From an uncultured Luminiphilus sp. (GTDB lineage: Bacteria > Pseudomonadota > Gammaproteobacteria > Pseudomonadales > Halieaceae): DNA of 64,000 nt. Made by a program: the position numbers and the translations under genes. The DNA is taken from NCBI GenBank assembly GCA_943789425.1, contig CALSUB010000006.1, positions 52,565-116,564 of the forward strand. Reading direction: 5' to 3'. Of the stretch, positions 9,575-18,619 are shown piece by piece (within the stretch, counting starts at the first letter, position 1; each line of letters opens with the position of its first letter). Below the pieces are notes generated by a model. The model saw only the letters and a list, made by a program, of their open reading frames with translations. It searched no databases and was not told the origin of the DNA.

Positions 9575-9666
9575 CAGAGCCTTAATAATAATAAACGGCC
9601 CAATAATAAAAACGACGTCATAACGGACCTGGGTGGGGAAGGAGACTTCCCCATGTTTCGTTATGG
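9575..9666 (+). ncRNA. crcZ: Miniature CrcZ-like Hfq/Crc-sequestering sRNA; ends approximate
   Basis: Between cbrB and pcnB, downstream of the sigma54 promoter; two AANAANAA tracts (9584-9595, 9602-9612), then hairpin TGGGGAAG-GAGA-CTTCCCCA extended by CATAACG/CGTTATG. Confidence 0.7.
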
Positions 9667-9792
9667 AATCCTCAAAACGCTCACATCGTCTCAGGCGCTC
9701 AGGCTGTCCCAGGCGCTGAAGCCGTTCACCCCCATTCGGATAGCGAGACACCCCCACATCAGCTACCATAGCGGCCGACTTGGTAATGCGTT

Positions 9793-9853
9793 AACCGGTA
9801 TCATCGCCCCGTCAGCATCATCAACCGGTATCATCGCTTCGTAAGCCATCATC
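9793..9853. repeat. Imperfect 30/31-bp tandem duplication
   Basis: aaccggtatcatcgccccgtcagcatcatc followed by aaccggtatcatcgcttcgtaagccatcatc. Confidence 0.85.
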
Positions 9854-9908
9854 AAGACAGTCCGCGCTTGCCGCCAACTGTTAGGGTGATGAACAGAGTG
9901 ACCAAATT

Positions 9909-11180
9909 TTGACCCAACAGACACAAGCCGCACCGTTCAACGGCTCTGACTTCTCGCATGGCGCTACCAAGGTCGTGCGAGGGCTTCAGGATGCTGGATT
10001 CACCGCCTATGTTGTCGGCGGTGCCGTCCGCGATTTACTCCTAGGACAGCGCCCTAAGGACTTCGACGTCGCCACCAATGCGACGCCAGAGCAAATTAGG
10101 CAGTGCTTTCGTAACGCCCGCATCATTGGCAGGCGCTTTCAAATCGTCCACGTCCGCTCAGGCGGCGAAATTATTGAAGTCACTACTTTTCGGGGCAATC
10201 ATGCTGCCGCGCAGGCAGGGCAGCATTCAAAGGCAAGCGAATCAGGTCGGTTATTGCGCGATAACGTGTACGGAACCCTCGAGGAGGACGCACTGCGCCG
10301 AGATCTCACCATTAACGCGCTCTACTATGACACCTCATCCAACACACTCATTGATCAACTCAATGGCGCGGCAGATATTGAAGCGCGGATGATTCGGGTG
10401 ATTGGGGTGCCAGAAGAGCGGTATCGAGAAGATCCGGTCAGAATGCTGCGGGTCTTGCGCTTCAGTGCCCGCTTACAGTTTGACTTAGCAGCCGATACCG
10501 AAACCGCTATCGCAAGTACGCGGTTAATGCTTGGCGACATTCCCTCGGCACGATTATTTGACGAGTGGCTCAAACTGTTTATGAATGGGTTTTCTGCCCC
10601 CACGTTTACCTTACTGAAGCACCATGACCTGATTGCCCTGCTGATGGGCGATAACATTGGCGAGGCGCTCCATGAGGAGCAATCTGCGAGTTTGCAGATG
10701 CGCGCCATGCGCAACACCGATCAGCGGGTCGCTGACCGACGACCCGTCACGCCGGCTTTTCTGCTCGCTGCACTCTACTGGCCCGCGGTCGAGCAACTGG
10801 CACTGAGACTGGAAGAAGGGGGAGAGCCCACCACACAAGCGATACATAGCGCAGGTCAGCAAGTGGTCCATAACGCTTGCCAGCATCTCACCATTCCAAA
10901 GCGATTCTCATTGGCCATGCGCGACATTTGGGACTTACAGCCCCGCCTCGAGCGCATGCAGCCCAAAAAGATCACCGACCTCCTTGCTCGGCGGTGGTTC
11001 AGGGCCGCATTTGACCTGCGCTTACTGCGAGAAGAAGCCGGCAACTTGGGGAGCCAGTGCAGTGACTTTTGGACCGCGCAGCAAAAAGAACATCCTGACT
11101 TGGTGGGCAGTGCCAGACCACGTCGAGACGATCAGCCTAAACGACGACGCAGACCGCGAGGTAACGTACGCGCCCCATGA
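9909..11180 (+). CDS. pcnB: Poly(A) polymerase I
   Basis: VGGAVRDLLLGQRPKDFDVAT, IIGRRFQIVHV (PAP-specific), RRDLTINA, REDPVRMLR, Arg-rich tail; upstream of folK; non-ATG start. Confidence 0.96.
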   Translation: MTQQTQAAPFNGSDFSHGATKVVRGLQDAGFTAYVVGGAVRDLLLGQRPKDFDVATNATPEQIRQCFRNARIIGRRFQIVHVRSGGEIIEVTTFRGNHAAAQAGQHSKASESGRLLRDNVYGTLEEDALRRDLTINALYYDTSSNTLIDQLNGAADIEARMIRVIGVPEERYREDPVRMLRVLRFSARLQFDLAADTETAIASTRLMLGDIPSARLFDEWLKLFMNGFSAPTFTLLKHHDLIALLMGDNIGEALHEEQSASLQMRAMRNTDQRVADRRPVTPAFLLAALYWPAVEQLALRLEEGGEPTTQAIHSAGQQVVHNACQHLTIPKRFSLAMRDIWDLQPRLERMQPKKITDLLARRWFRAAFDLRLLREEAGNLGSQCSDFWTAQQKEHPDLVGSARPRRDDQPKRRRRPRGNVRAP

Positions 11181-11671
11181 ATCACGTTTTTATTGGCTTG
11201 GGGTCCAATATCGATAACCCCTTAGACCGATTGTCGGAGGCATACCGACACCTCACGGCACATGCCGATTTATCTGCGACCGGTTTGTCAAAGGTTTACG
11301 TCTCGTCTCCGCAAGGCCCACAAGACCAACCCGATTTTTACAACGCAGTTGCGGGCTTCACGGCATCGCTGTCACCCCACGAGTTGCTCACCGCACTGCT
11401 CACCATCGAGACGGCGATGGGCCGACAGCGACTCAGGCACTGGGGCGAACGATGCATAGACCTCGATTTGCTTCTCTTCGGAGACGAGGTGATCGCAACT
11501 GATGCACTGATATTGCCCCACCCTCGCGCTCACGAGCGGCGCTTTGTCTTAAATCCACTGTGTGAACTGCTTGGCATTGATTATGTAATGCCCGGTCAGC
11601 CCTCCCTCGGGACGCTGCTGTCTCGATGCACGCAACAGACGATTAGCGTATTGTGTGAGTTCCCTCAGTGA
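11177..11671 (+). CDS. folK: 6-hydroxymethyl-7,8-dihydropterin pyrophosphokinase
   Basis: FIGLGSN, QPDFYNAV, WGERCIDLDLL, PHPR..ERRFVL. Confidence 0.96.
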   Translation: MNHVFIGLGSNIDNPLDRLSEAYRHLTAHADLSATGLSKVYVSSPQGPQDQPDFYNAVAGFTASLSPHELLTALLTIETAMGRQRLRHWGERCIDLDLLLFGDEVIATDALILPHPRAHERRFVLNPLCELLGIDYVMPGQPSLGTLLSRCTQQTISVLCEFPQ

Positions 11672-12378
11672 CAGTCGTTACAGGAGGCCCCTCTTTGCTA
11701 GAACGACAACCCGCATCAGGCTTATCACTTCGCGGCCGCACTGTGCCGGCCTTCATCGCGATTGAAGGGCCCATCGGTGTCGGAAAAACAACGCTCGCTC
11801 GCAAAATTGCGGAGACTTTTGAATACGATCTGCTACTAGAAGAAGCAGAGATGAATCCCTTTCTCGAGCGGTTTTACCAGAACCGAGAGCAAACCGCGCT
11901 GGCAACACAACTCTTCTTTCTTTTTCAGCGGGTGCAGAAGATTACCGATATAAAACAACGTGATATGTTTGAGAGCACGCGCGTCACCGACTTTATCCTT
12001 GAGAAAGACCCGCTGTTTGCCCGCGTCAACTTAGAACCGGCAGAATACGCGCTCTACGACAAGGTTTATGAGAAAATGCACGTCGAGGCGCCCGCACCCG
12101 ATTTAGTCATCTACCTGCAAGCCAATCCTGAGCGTCTACTGGAGCGCATTGGTAAGCGTGGCATCGATGCCGAGCAGTCGATAGACCGGTCGTACCTAGA
12201 ACAGCTCAATGAGGTGTACAGTGAGTTCTTTCTCTACTACGATGCGGCGCCTCTGCTGATTGTTAATGCCAACGACATTGACCTAGCAGAGAGTGACCGG
12301 GATTATGAGCAACTCGTTGACTATATGCTGAACATTAAGAAGGGACGCCATTATTTTAACCCGACTTTTTTTAGCTGA
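11668..12378 (+). CDS. Deoxynucleoside kinase
   Basis: IAIEGPIGVGKTT P-loop, NPFLERFY, PDLVIYL; start codon uncertain. Confidence 0.9.
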   Translation: MTVVTGGPSLLERQPASGLSLRGRTVPAFIAIEGPIGVGKTTLARKIAETFEYDLLLEEAEMNPFLERFYQNREQTALATQLFFLFQRVQKITDIKQRDMFESTRVTDFILEKDPLFARVNLEPAEYALYDKVYEKMHVEAPAPDLVIYLQANPERLLERIGKRGIDAEQSIDRSYLEQLNEVYSEFFLYYDAAPLLIVNANDIDLAESDRDYEQLVDYMLNIKKGRHYFNPTFFS

Positions 12379-12414
12379 ATTCCGACTCTTTATGAGCGGC
12401 CTGGAGTCAGCCCA

Positions 12415-13209
12415 ATGACAAAACGAATCACCATCAGCACACTAGACGCGATGAAATCGTCCGGTGATAAGTTCGTGATGATCACCGCTTACGACGCCAC
12501 GTTCGCGCGACTGGCCAGCGAGGCAGGCGCAGAGACGATATTGGTGGGTGATTCGCTCGGCATGGTGTTGCAGGGCCACGAGACAACCATTCCCGTGTCA
12601 CTCGATGCTATGGTGTATCACACAGAGTGTGTCGCGCGTGCGAAACCTCGCTCCCTCATTGTGGCTGACCTCCCTTTCATGAGCTTTTCCAATTCGGATG
12701 ACGCCCTGCATGCCAGCACTCAGTTGATGCAAGCAGGCGCCCAGATGGTGAAGCTGGAGGGCGGAACCTGGCTCAGCGATAGTATAAATCGGCTGGTCGA
12801 GCGAGGTGTTCCCGTTTGCGCGCACCTTGGATTAACGCCTCAATCGGTCAATGTATTTGGCGGATATCGGGTCCAAGGTCGCACCCCCAAAGAGGCCAAG
12901 TCGATCCTTGCCGATGCGGTCGAAATTCAGGACGCCGGAGCCAGCCTGCTGGTCTTGGAGTGTATTCCTGCAGAACTCGCCGGAGACATTGCGTCAAAAC
13001 TGGATATCCCGGTTATTGGAATCGGTGCGGGCGGAGGCACTGATGCGCAAGTGCTCGTTTTACACGACATGCTCGGCATGACGGAAAGTGCTCCGAAATT
13101 TGTGCAAAACTTTATGAAGGGTGCCGACTCGATACAAGATGCGCTTGCCACCTTTGTGCGCGCGGTGAAGTCGGGGGAATACCCTCAAGAAGAGCACACT
13201 TACTCCTAA
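12415..13209 (+). CDS. panB: 3-methyl-2-oxobutanoate hydroxymethyltransferase
   Basis: TAYDA, LVGDSLGM, VKLEGG, HLGLTPQ, GIGAG. Confidence 0.97.
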   Translation: MTKRITISTLDAMKSSGDKFVMITAYDATFARLASEAGAETILVGDSLGMVLQGHETTIPVSLDAMVYHTECVARAKPRSLIVADLPFMSFSNSDDALHASTQLMQAGAQMVKLEGGTWLSDSINRLVERGVPVCAHLGLTPQSVNVFGGYRVQGRTPKEAKSILADAVEIQDAGASLLVLECIPAELAGDIASKLDIPVIGIGAGGGTDAQVLVLHDMLGMTESAPKFVQNFMKGADSIQDALATFVRAVKSGEYPQEEHTYS

Positions 13210-13217
13210 GGACCGGC

Positions 13218-14072
13218 ATGATCGTCGTCTCCGATAATAAAGCCCTTAGAGACCACCTCGACGCAGTCCGCGCGCAATCGCGAGTCGCATTTGTGCCCAC
13301 CATGGGCAATCTTCATGACGGGCATCTCTCCTTAGTGCATCAAGCCAGGGCGGCAGCCGACATTGTTGTCGTCTCGATTTTTGTCAACCCAATGCAATTT
13401 GGCAAAGAGGAAGACTTAGCCACCTACCCCCGCACCATCGATGCCGATTTAGCGGCACTCAAAGCGGCGGGCGTTGACGTCGTTTTTACGCCCGGCATTG
13501 CTGATATCTATCCGCAAGGAGATCAAGCACACACCGCTATCCGTGTGCCACTTTTGGGCGAGCCGCTCTGCGGCGCACAACGGCCTGGACACTTCGACGG
13601 TGTCTGCACCGTTGTGTACAAACTATTTCGACTGGTGCAGCCGGATGTCGCCGTCTTTGGTGAAAAAGACCTGCAGCAGCTGCTGATCATCCAAAGAATG
13701 GTGCAGGATCTAAGTCTCGATATCGATATTCAGCAGGGACTGACCTCACGTGCTGGCGATGGATTGGCCTTGAGCTCTCGCAATCAATATCTGTCTGACG
13801 CAGAGCGCCAAATAGCACCCCGCCTGTGGCAAACACTACAACACTGCGCTCAAACGCTTCGCGGTGCTGCTACCGTCAGTGCTGAAGACACGCTGGCGCA
13901 AGCCTCACACGATCTCGCTGCGGCAGGGTTCACCGTTCACTATTTAGAACTCAGAGAACTACAGACGCTCACCACTGCGACAGACCTGTCTCGCGACTGC
14001 GCGCTTTTCGTGGCAGCCACGTTAGGCACCACGCGGTTAATCGATAATATTCAGATCAGCGCAGCAGGGTAA
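13218..14072 (+). CDS. panC: Pantoate-beta-alanine ligase
   Basis: FVPTMGNLHDGH, RPGHFDGV, FGEKD, GLALSSRN, RLIDN. Confidence 0.97.
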   Translation: MIVVSDNKALRDHLDAVRAQSRVAFVPTMGNLHDGHLSLVHQARAAADIVVVSIFVNPMQFGKEEDLATYPRTIDADLAALKAAGVDVVFTPGIADIYPQGDQAHTAIRVPLLGEPLCGAQRPGHFDGVCTVVYKLFRLVQPDVAVFGEKDLQQLLIIQRMVQDLSLDIDIQQGLTSRAGDGLALSSRNQYLSDAERQIAPRLWQTLQHCAQTLRGAATVSAEDTLAQASHDLAAAGFTVHYLELRELQTLTTATDLSRDCALFVAATLGTTRLIDNIQISAAG

Positions 14073-14091
14073 TCCCTGCCCTGCCATCGCT

Positions 14092-15804
14092 TTAAGATCT
14101 AGGCACCCGAACACTTTCGACCAACAGCCTCACCTCTTCCGGGGGCGCCGGCGTAAAGCGGGTCACGATCAGCGTGACGGTAAAGTTGACCATCGCACCA
14201 ACAACACCAAACGCATTAGGTTCAATTCCAAAAAACCAGTTAGGGGAAAGGTTGCCCAGAAAGCTCGTGCCCGGAATAAACATAATGCCCTTGTGCTGAA
14301 AAACGTAGATCAGAGTGACACTGATGCCCGACAGCATTCCCAGTATCGCGCCCTCTCGCGTGACACGCTGAGAAAATATGCCGAGAAAAAGTGCTGGAAA
14401 TAATGAAGCCGCAGCCAGCCCAAATGCTAACGCCACCGTGCCGGCGGCAAACCCCGGCGGATTCAAACCCAAATAGCCTGCTCCTAGTACCGCCAGCGAC
14501 ATGGCAATCCTAGAAGCCATTAGCTCCTGCCGTTCGGTAATCTGAGGCATCAAGGTGCGCTTGAGTAAATCATGAGAGATGGCAGACGAGATCGCCAACA
14601 ACAATCCTGCCGCAGTCGACAACGCCGCTGCCAGACCGCCCGCCGCCACCAAAGCGATCACCCAATTAGGCAGGTTAGCGATTTCAGGATTCGCTAACAC
14701 CAGAATGTCGTTGTCTAGCTTAACCAACTCGTTCCGCTCCGGGTCAGCATGATATTGAATCCGCCCGTCCCCATTTTTATCGTCAATCTCTAATAAGCCC
14801 GTGCGCTCCCAGTTTTTAAACCAAGTTGGGCGTTCTTCGATCAGCAATGCCTGTCCCGCCTCGGGCTCCAGTATTTGAATAATATTCAGTCTCGCCATCG
14901 CCGCAACAGCCGGTGCCGTCGTGTACAGAATCGCGATAAACACCAGTGCCCAGCCCGCAGATGTTCGTGCAGCACGCACGGTGGGAACCGTAAAAAACCG
15001 GATGATGACATGCGGCAAACCGGCAGTGCCAATCATCAGAGATGCCGTGAAGGCAGCCATGTTTAAGGTGCTGCCGCGCAGCGCAGTGGTATATTCCTGG
15101 AAGCCAAGGTCCAGCAAAATATGGTCCAGCTTATGAAGAAGATAACTACCATCAGCCAGCGTACTGCCCAACCCCAACTGTGGAATGGGCTGCCCGGTTA
15201 ATTGCAAGCTGATGAAGATTGCCGGCACGGTATACGCAAAAATCAGCACGCAAAATTGTGCGATCTGTGTGTAGGTAATCCCCTTCATACCGCCCAGCAC
15301 CGCGTAGAAAAAAACAATCACCATGCCCGAGAGCAAGCCGGTCTCATAGTCTGTTTCTAGAAAGCGCGAAAAAGCGACGCCGATCCCCTTCATCTGCCCA
15401 ATGACATAGGTCACGGAGCATATAATGAGACACAGCACCGCGACGATCCGCGCGGTGTTGGAGTAGTATCGATCACCAATGAATTCAGGCACGGTGAACT
15501 TCCCATACTTTCGCAAGTAAGGCGCGATCAACATGGCTAAGAGCACGTAGCCGCCTGTCCAGCCCATCAAGAAGACAGAACCACCGTAGCCGTTGTATGA
15601 CAGCCCAATGAGCCCCGCCATCGAAATGAAGGAGGCAGCCGACATCCAATCAGCCGCCGTGGCCATTCCATTTGCGATCGGATGGATGCCCTTCCCCGCG
15701 ACATAAAACTCTTGCGTGGTGCTCGCTCGAGAGCGAATCGCAATCACGATGTACAGCGCAAACGACGCCCCTACCACCCAATAGGTTGTCTCGGTGAGGC
15801 TCAT
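14092..15804 (-). CDS. actP: Sodium:solute symporter, ActP-like (VC_2705-type) acetate permease
   Basis: ANGMATAADWMSAASF, GTAGLPHVIIRFFT, loop with DKNGDGRI; divergent from acs. Confidence 0.85.
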   Translation of the reverse strand: MSLTETTYWVVGASFALYIVIAIRSRASTTQEFYVAGKGIHPIANGMATAADWMSAASFISMAGLIGLSYNGYGGSVFLMGWTGGYVLLAMLIAPYLRKYGKFTVPEFIGDRYYSNTARIVAVLCLIICSVTYVIGQMKGIGVAFSRFLETDYETGLLSGMVIVFFYAVLGGMKGITYTQIAQFCVLIFAYTVPAIFISLQLTGQPIPQLGLGSTLADGSYLLHKLDHILLDLGFQEYTTALRGSTLNMAAFTASLMIGTAGLPHVIIRFFTVPTVRAARTSAGWALVFIAILYTTAPAVAAMARLNIIQILEPEAGQALLIEERPTWFKNWERTGLLEIDDKNGDGRIQYHADPERNELVKLDNDILVLANPEIANLPNWVIALVAAGGLAAALSTAAGLLLAISSAISHDLLKRTLMPQITERQELMASRIAMSLAVLGAGYLGLNPPGFAAGTVALAFGLAAASLFPALFLGIFSQRVTREGAILGMLSGISVTLIYVFQHKGIMFIPGTSFLGNLSPNWFFGIEPNAFGVVGAMVNFTVTLIVTRFTPAPPEEVRLLVESVRVPRS

Positions 15805-16076
15805 GCGTCTGGTTCCTCGAGTCCGAGACGCTTCTCAAGGCGGGCCATTGCCAACGCGTAAATAAACGTTAACAAAATAAAGCCATAAATCGCGCCCTGC
15901 TGAGCAAACCAGAACCCCAACTTAAAGCCACCCATTTGTATGCGATTCAGTGGTTCCACCCACAGCACTCCGCATCCCAAACTCACCACAAACCAAAAAA
16001 AGCCCAGAATCAGCATCAGTCGTCGATTTTCGCGCCAATAGATATCTCGAGTCTGTTGGCTAACCGGCGTCCCCAT
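15801..16076 (-). CDS. Solute symporter small subunit (DUF4212)
   Basis: YWRENRRL, WFVVS, GGFKLGFWFAQQGAI; overlaps the symporter start; start set at ATG 16076. Confidence 0.9.
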   Translation of the reverse strand: MGTPVSQQTRDIYWRENRRLMLILGFFWFVVSLGCGVLWVEPLNRIQMGGFKLGFWFAQQGAIYGFILLTFIYALAMARLEKRLGLEEPDA

Positions 16077-16269
16077 GCTGAGCTCCCTGTGTCTTATCGT
16101 CGCAATCACTCGGCAGTATAAATCAGCGCAACGCGCCAGCGCACTGTCTGCCCCTAACTGAAAAGCCAACGGCATGCGATAGCGTAGTCTGAGCCATAAC
16201 CACGAGGCGGCTTGTTGTCCGTGGGTCTGTCGCCTACTATCGCAGACCCCTTCAGATTGGCCGCATCCT

Positions 16270-18225
16270 ATGCCTGAATCAGCGCTTTACCCCATCCCAG
16301 CACACTTCAGTGATGCGCACATCACGCCAGAGGACTACGCCACACTCTATCAGCAGTCGATCGAAGATCCCGATGCCTTTTGGGCCGCTCAAGCTGAAGC
16401 ACTGCTGAGCTGGCACAAACCCTGGCGTCAGGTCTCAGACAATAACCTCGATATTGGACAGGCGCGTTGGTTTGTCGACGGACAACTCAATGTCTCGGTG
16501 AACTGTATTGACCGACACCTACCTGACCGAGCAGATCAGACTGCTATTGTGTGGGAGGGTGACCAGCCCGACGAGAGTCAGGCTTTTACGTATCAGGAAC
16601 TTAAGACTCACGTCTGCCGATTTGCCAATGTGCTGAGACACCTTGGGATCAAAAAAGGCGATCGCGTGTGCCTGTATATGCCCATGATCCCAGAGGCGGC
16701 CTTTGCCATGCTGGCCTGCGCCCGCATCGGCGCGGTTCACTCGGTTGTATTTGGCGGCTTCTCACCGGAAGCCTTAAAAGATCGAATCAATGATGCTGCC
16801 TGTCGACTGGTCATCACTGCTGACGAGGGAGTTCGAGGTGGCAAAGCGATCCCTTTGAAAAGCAACGTCGATGCCGCGATTAAAGAAGCTGATTGTGTTG
16901 ATAGCGTGTTAGTGGTGCGCCGCACCGGTGACGCCATCGAGTGGGATGCGGCGCGAGACGTTTGGTATCACGAGGCTGTCGCAACGGTGTCTGACGACTG
17001 TGAACCCGAGTGGATGGACAGCGAAGACCCGCTATTCATTCTGTACACCTCGGGCTCGACCGGAAAGCCAAAGGGCGTATTGCATACGACAGGCGGTTAT
17101 TTATTGCAGGCGGCCTTGTCGATGAAAACCGTATTCGACTATCGAGAGGGTGAAACCTATTGGTGCACTGCCGATGTCGGCTGGGTAACAGGCCATACCT
17201 ATATCGTTTATGGTCCCCTTGCGATTGGCGCAAAAACCCTCATGTTCGAAGGCATACCGACTTACCCCGAGGGGGATCGGTTTTGGCAAATCATTGCCAA
17301 ACATCGAGTCAACGCCTTTTTCACCGCCCCAACGGCTATCCGTGCACTGCAGAGCTTAGGCAACGACTTGGTGACCCGTCACGACCGAAGCTCGCTGCGC
17401 ATCATTGGTTCAGTCGGAGAACCGATTAATCCAGAGGCGTGGGAGTGGTACCACAGCATCGTAGGAGAAGGCAGGTGCCCTATTGTCGACACGTGGTGGC
17501 AAACAGAAACGGGTGGCGTCATGATCACGCCACTCCCTGGCGCCCATGCACTCAAACCGGGGTTTGCGAGTTTTCCGTTCTTCGGCGTCGAGCCCGCTCT
17601 GCTTGACGAGCAGGGTCAAGAAATCACAGGGCCGGGATCGGGTTATTTGGTCATTAAGCAATCCTGGCCGGGCCAGATCCGGACCGTTTATGGCGATCAT
17701 CAGCGAATGATCGACACGTATTTTGGCGTCTACCCTGGCTACTATTTTACCGGGGATGGCGCATTGCGAGATGAAGATGGCTATCTGCGTATCACCGGTC
17801 GTGTCGACGATGTATTGAATGTGTCAGGCCACCGCATGGGCACGGCTGAGGTCGAGAGCGCGCTGGTCTTGCACCCCGATATTGCCGAGGCTGCTGTGGT
17901 GGGTTATCCCCATGACATCAAAGGACAGGGTATCTACGCCTACATTACCCCCATGTCGGGCATCGAAGACAGTGACGCCCTGCGCGCCGAATTGGTGAGT
18001 TTGTGCGTACAGGAAATTGGGCCCATTGCAAAACCAGACCAGATTCAGTGGTCCCCCGGGCTGCCTAAAACGCGGTCTGGCAAGATCATGCGGCGAATTT
18101 TGCGTAAAATCGCCGAAAATGACCTTAAAAGCCTCGGCGACACCTCAACACTTGCCGACCCTTCAGTGGTCGAGGATCTCATAGCGGGCCGGCATACTCT
18201 AGCGGTCGGGTGTATCGCTAGATAG
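16270..18225 (+). CDS. acs: Acetyl-CoA synthetase
   Basis: [48 protein letters not shown]. Confidence 0.97.
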   Translation: MPESALYPIPAHFSDAHITPEDYATLYQQSIEDPDAFWAAQAEALLSWHKPWRQVSDNNLDIGQARWFVDGQLNVSVNCIDRHLPDRADQTAIVWEGDQPDESQAFTYQELKTHVCRFANVLRHLGIKKGDRVCLYMPMIPEAAFAMLACARIGAVHSVVFGGFSPEALKDRINDAACRLVITADEGVRGGKAIPLKSNVDAAIKEADCVDSVLVVRRTGDAIEWDAARDVWYHEAVATVSDDCEPEWMDSEDPLFILYTSGSTGKPKGVLHTTGGYLLQAALSMKTVFDYREGETYWCTADVGWVTGHTYIVYGPLAIGAKTLMFEGIPTYPEGDRFWQIIAKHRVNAFFTAPTAIRALQSLGNDLVTRHDRSSLRIIGSVGEPINPEAWEWYHSIVGEGRCPIVDTWWQTETGGVMITPLPGAHALKPGFASFPFFGVEPALLDEQGQEITGPGSGYLVIKQSWPGQIRTVYGDHQRMIDTYFGVYPGYYFTGDGALRDEDGYLRITGRVDDVLNVSGHRMGTAEVESALVLHPDIAEAAVVGYPHDIKGQGIYAYITPMSGIEDSDALRAELVSLCVQEIGPIAKPDQIQWSPGLPKTRSGKIMRRILRKIAENDLKSLGDTSTLADPSVVEDLIAGRHTLAVGCIAR

Positions 18226-18619
18226 CGAAGGCACAACGACCGACTGCCAGTCACTAGCTAACCGGAATTCGATCGCGGTTACCGCTAGCCCCCTCTGCGG
18301 CGGCAAGAACGGGTATCGCTCTCGTGTCGTCCACCAGGCTGCATCTCGCTTCATGCGCTTCAAAAGTGACGGCAAGAGCCTGTCGACGAGGCGGGATGGC
18401 TGCGTATCAGGCACCGCATTCCGACACGCTCAATAAGAGTTAAAATTTACGATTTTCCACCGGTATAAGGGCTCCAACTTCCGTATAATCTCGCCTCCGG
18501 GCAAGCACCATAGCTGCCCGTTTTAAACACAATAAAAATACAAAGTAATGGTATCCAATCGCATCCGGAGACTCGTCTCTCGATGCGCTGGGTGAACTTT
18601 TTTTATTTTGGAGACATGC

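Noticed and set aside
9305-9844. ORFs 9305-9769 (-) and 9497-9844 (+) across the cbrB-pcnB gap
   Set aside because: They overlie the sigma54 promoter and sRNA motifs, which explain the sequence better; no recognisable protein.
14755-14790. EF-hand-like DKNGDGRI loop in the symporter
   Set aside because: Typical of this VC_2705-type symporter subfamily; not novel.
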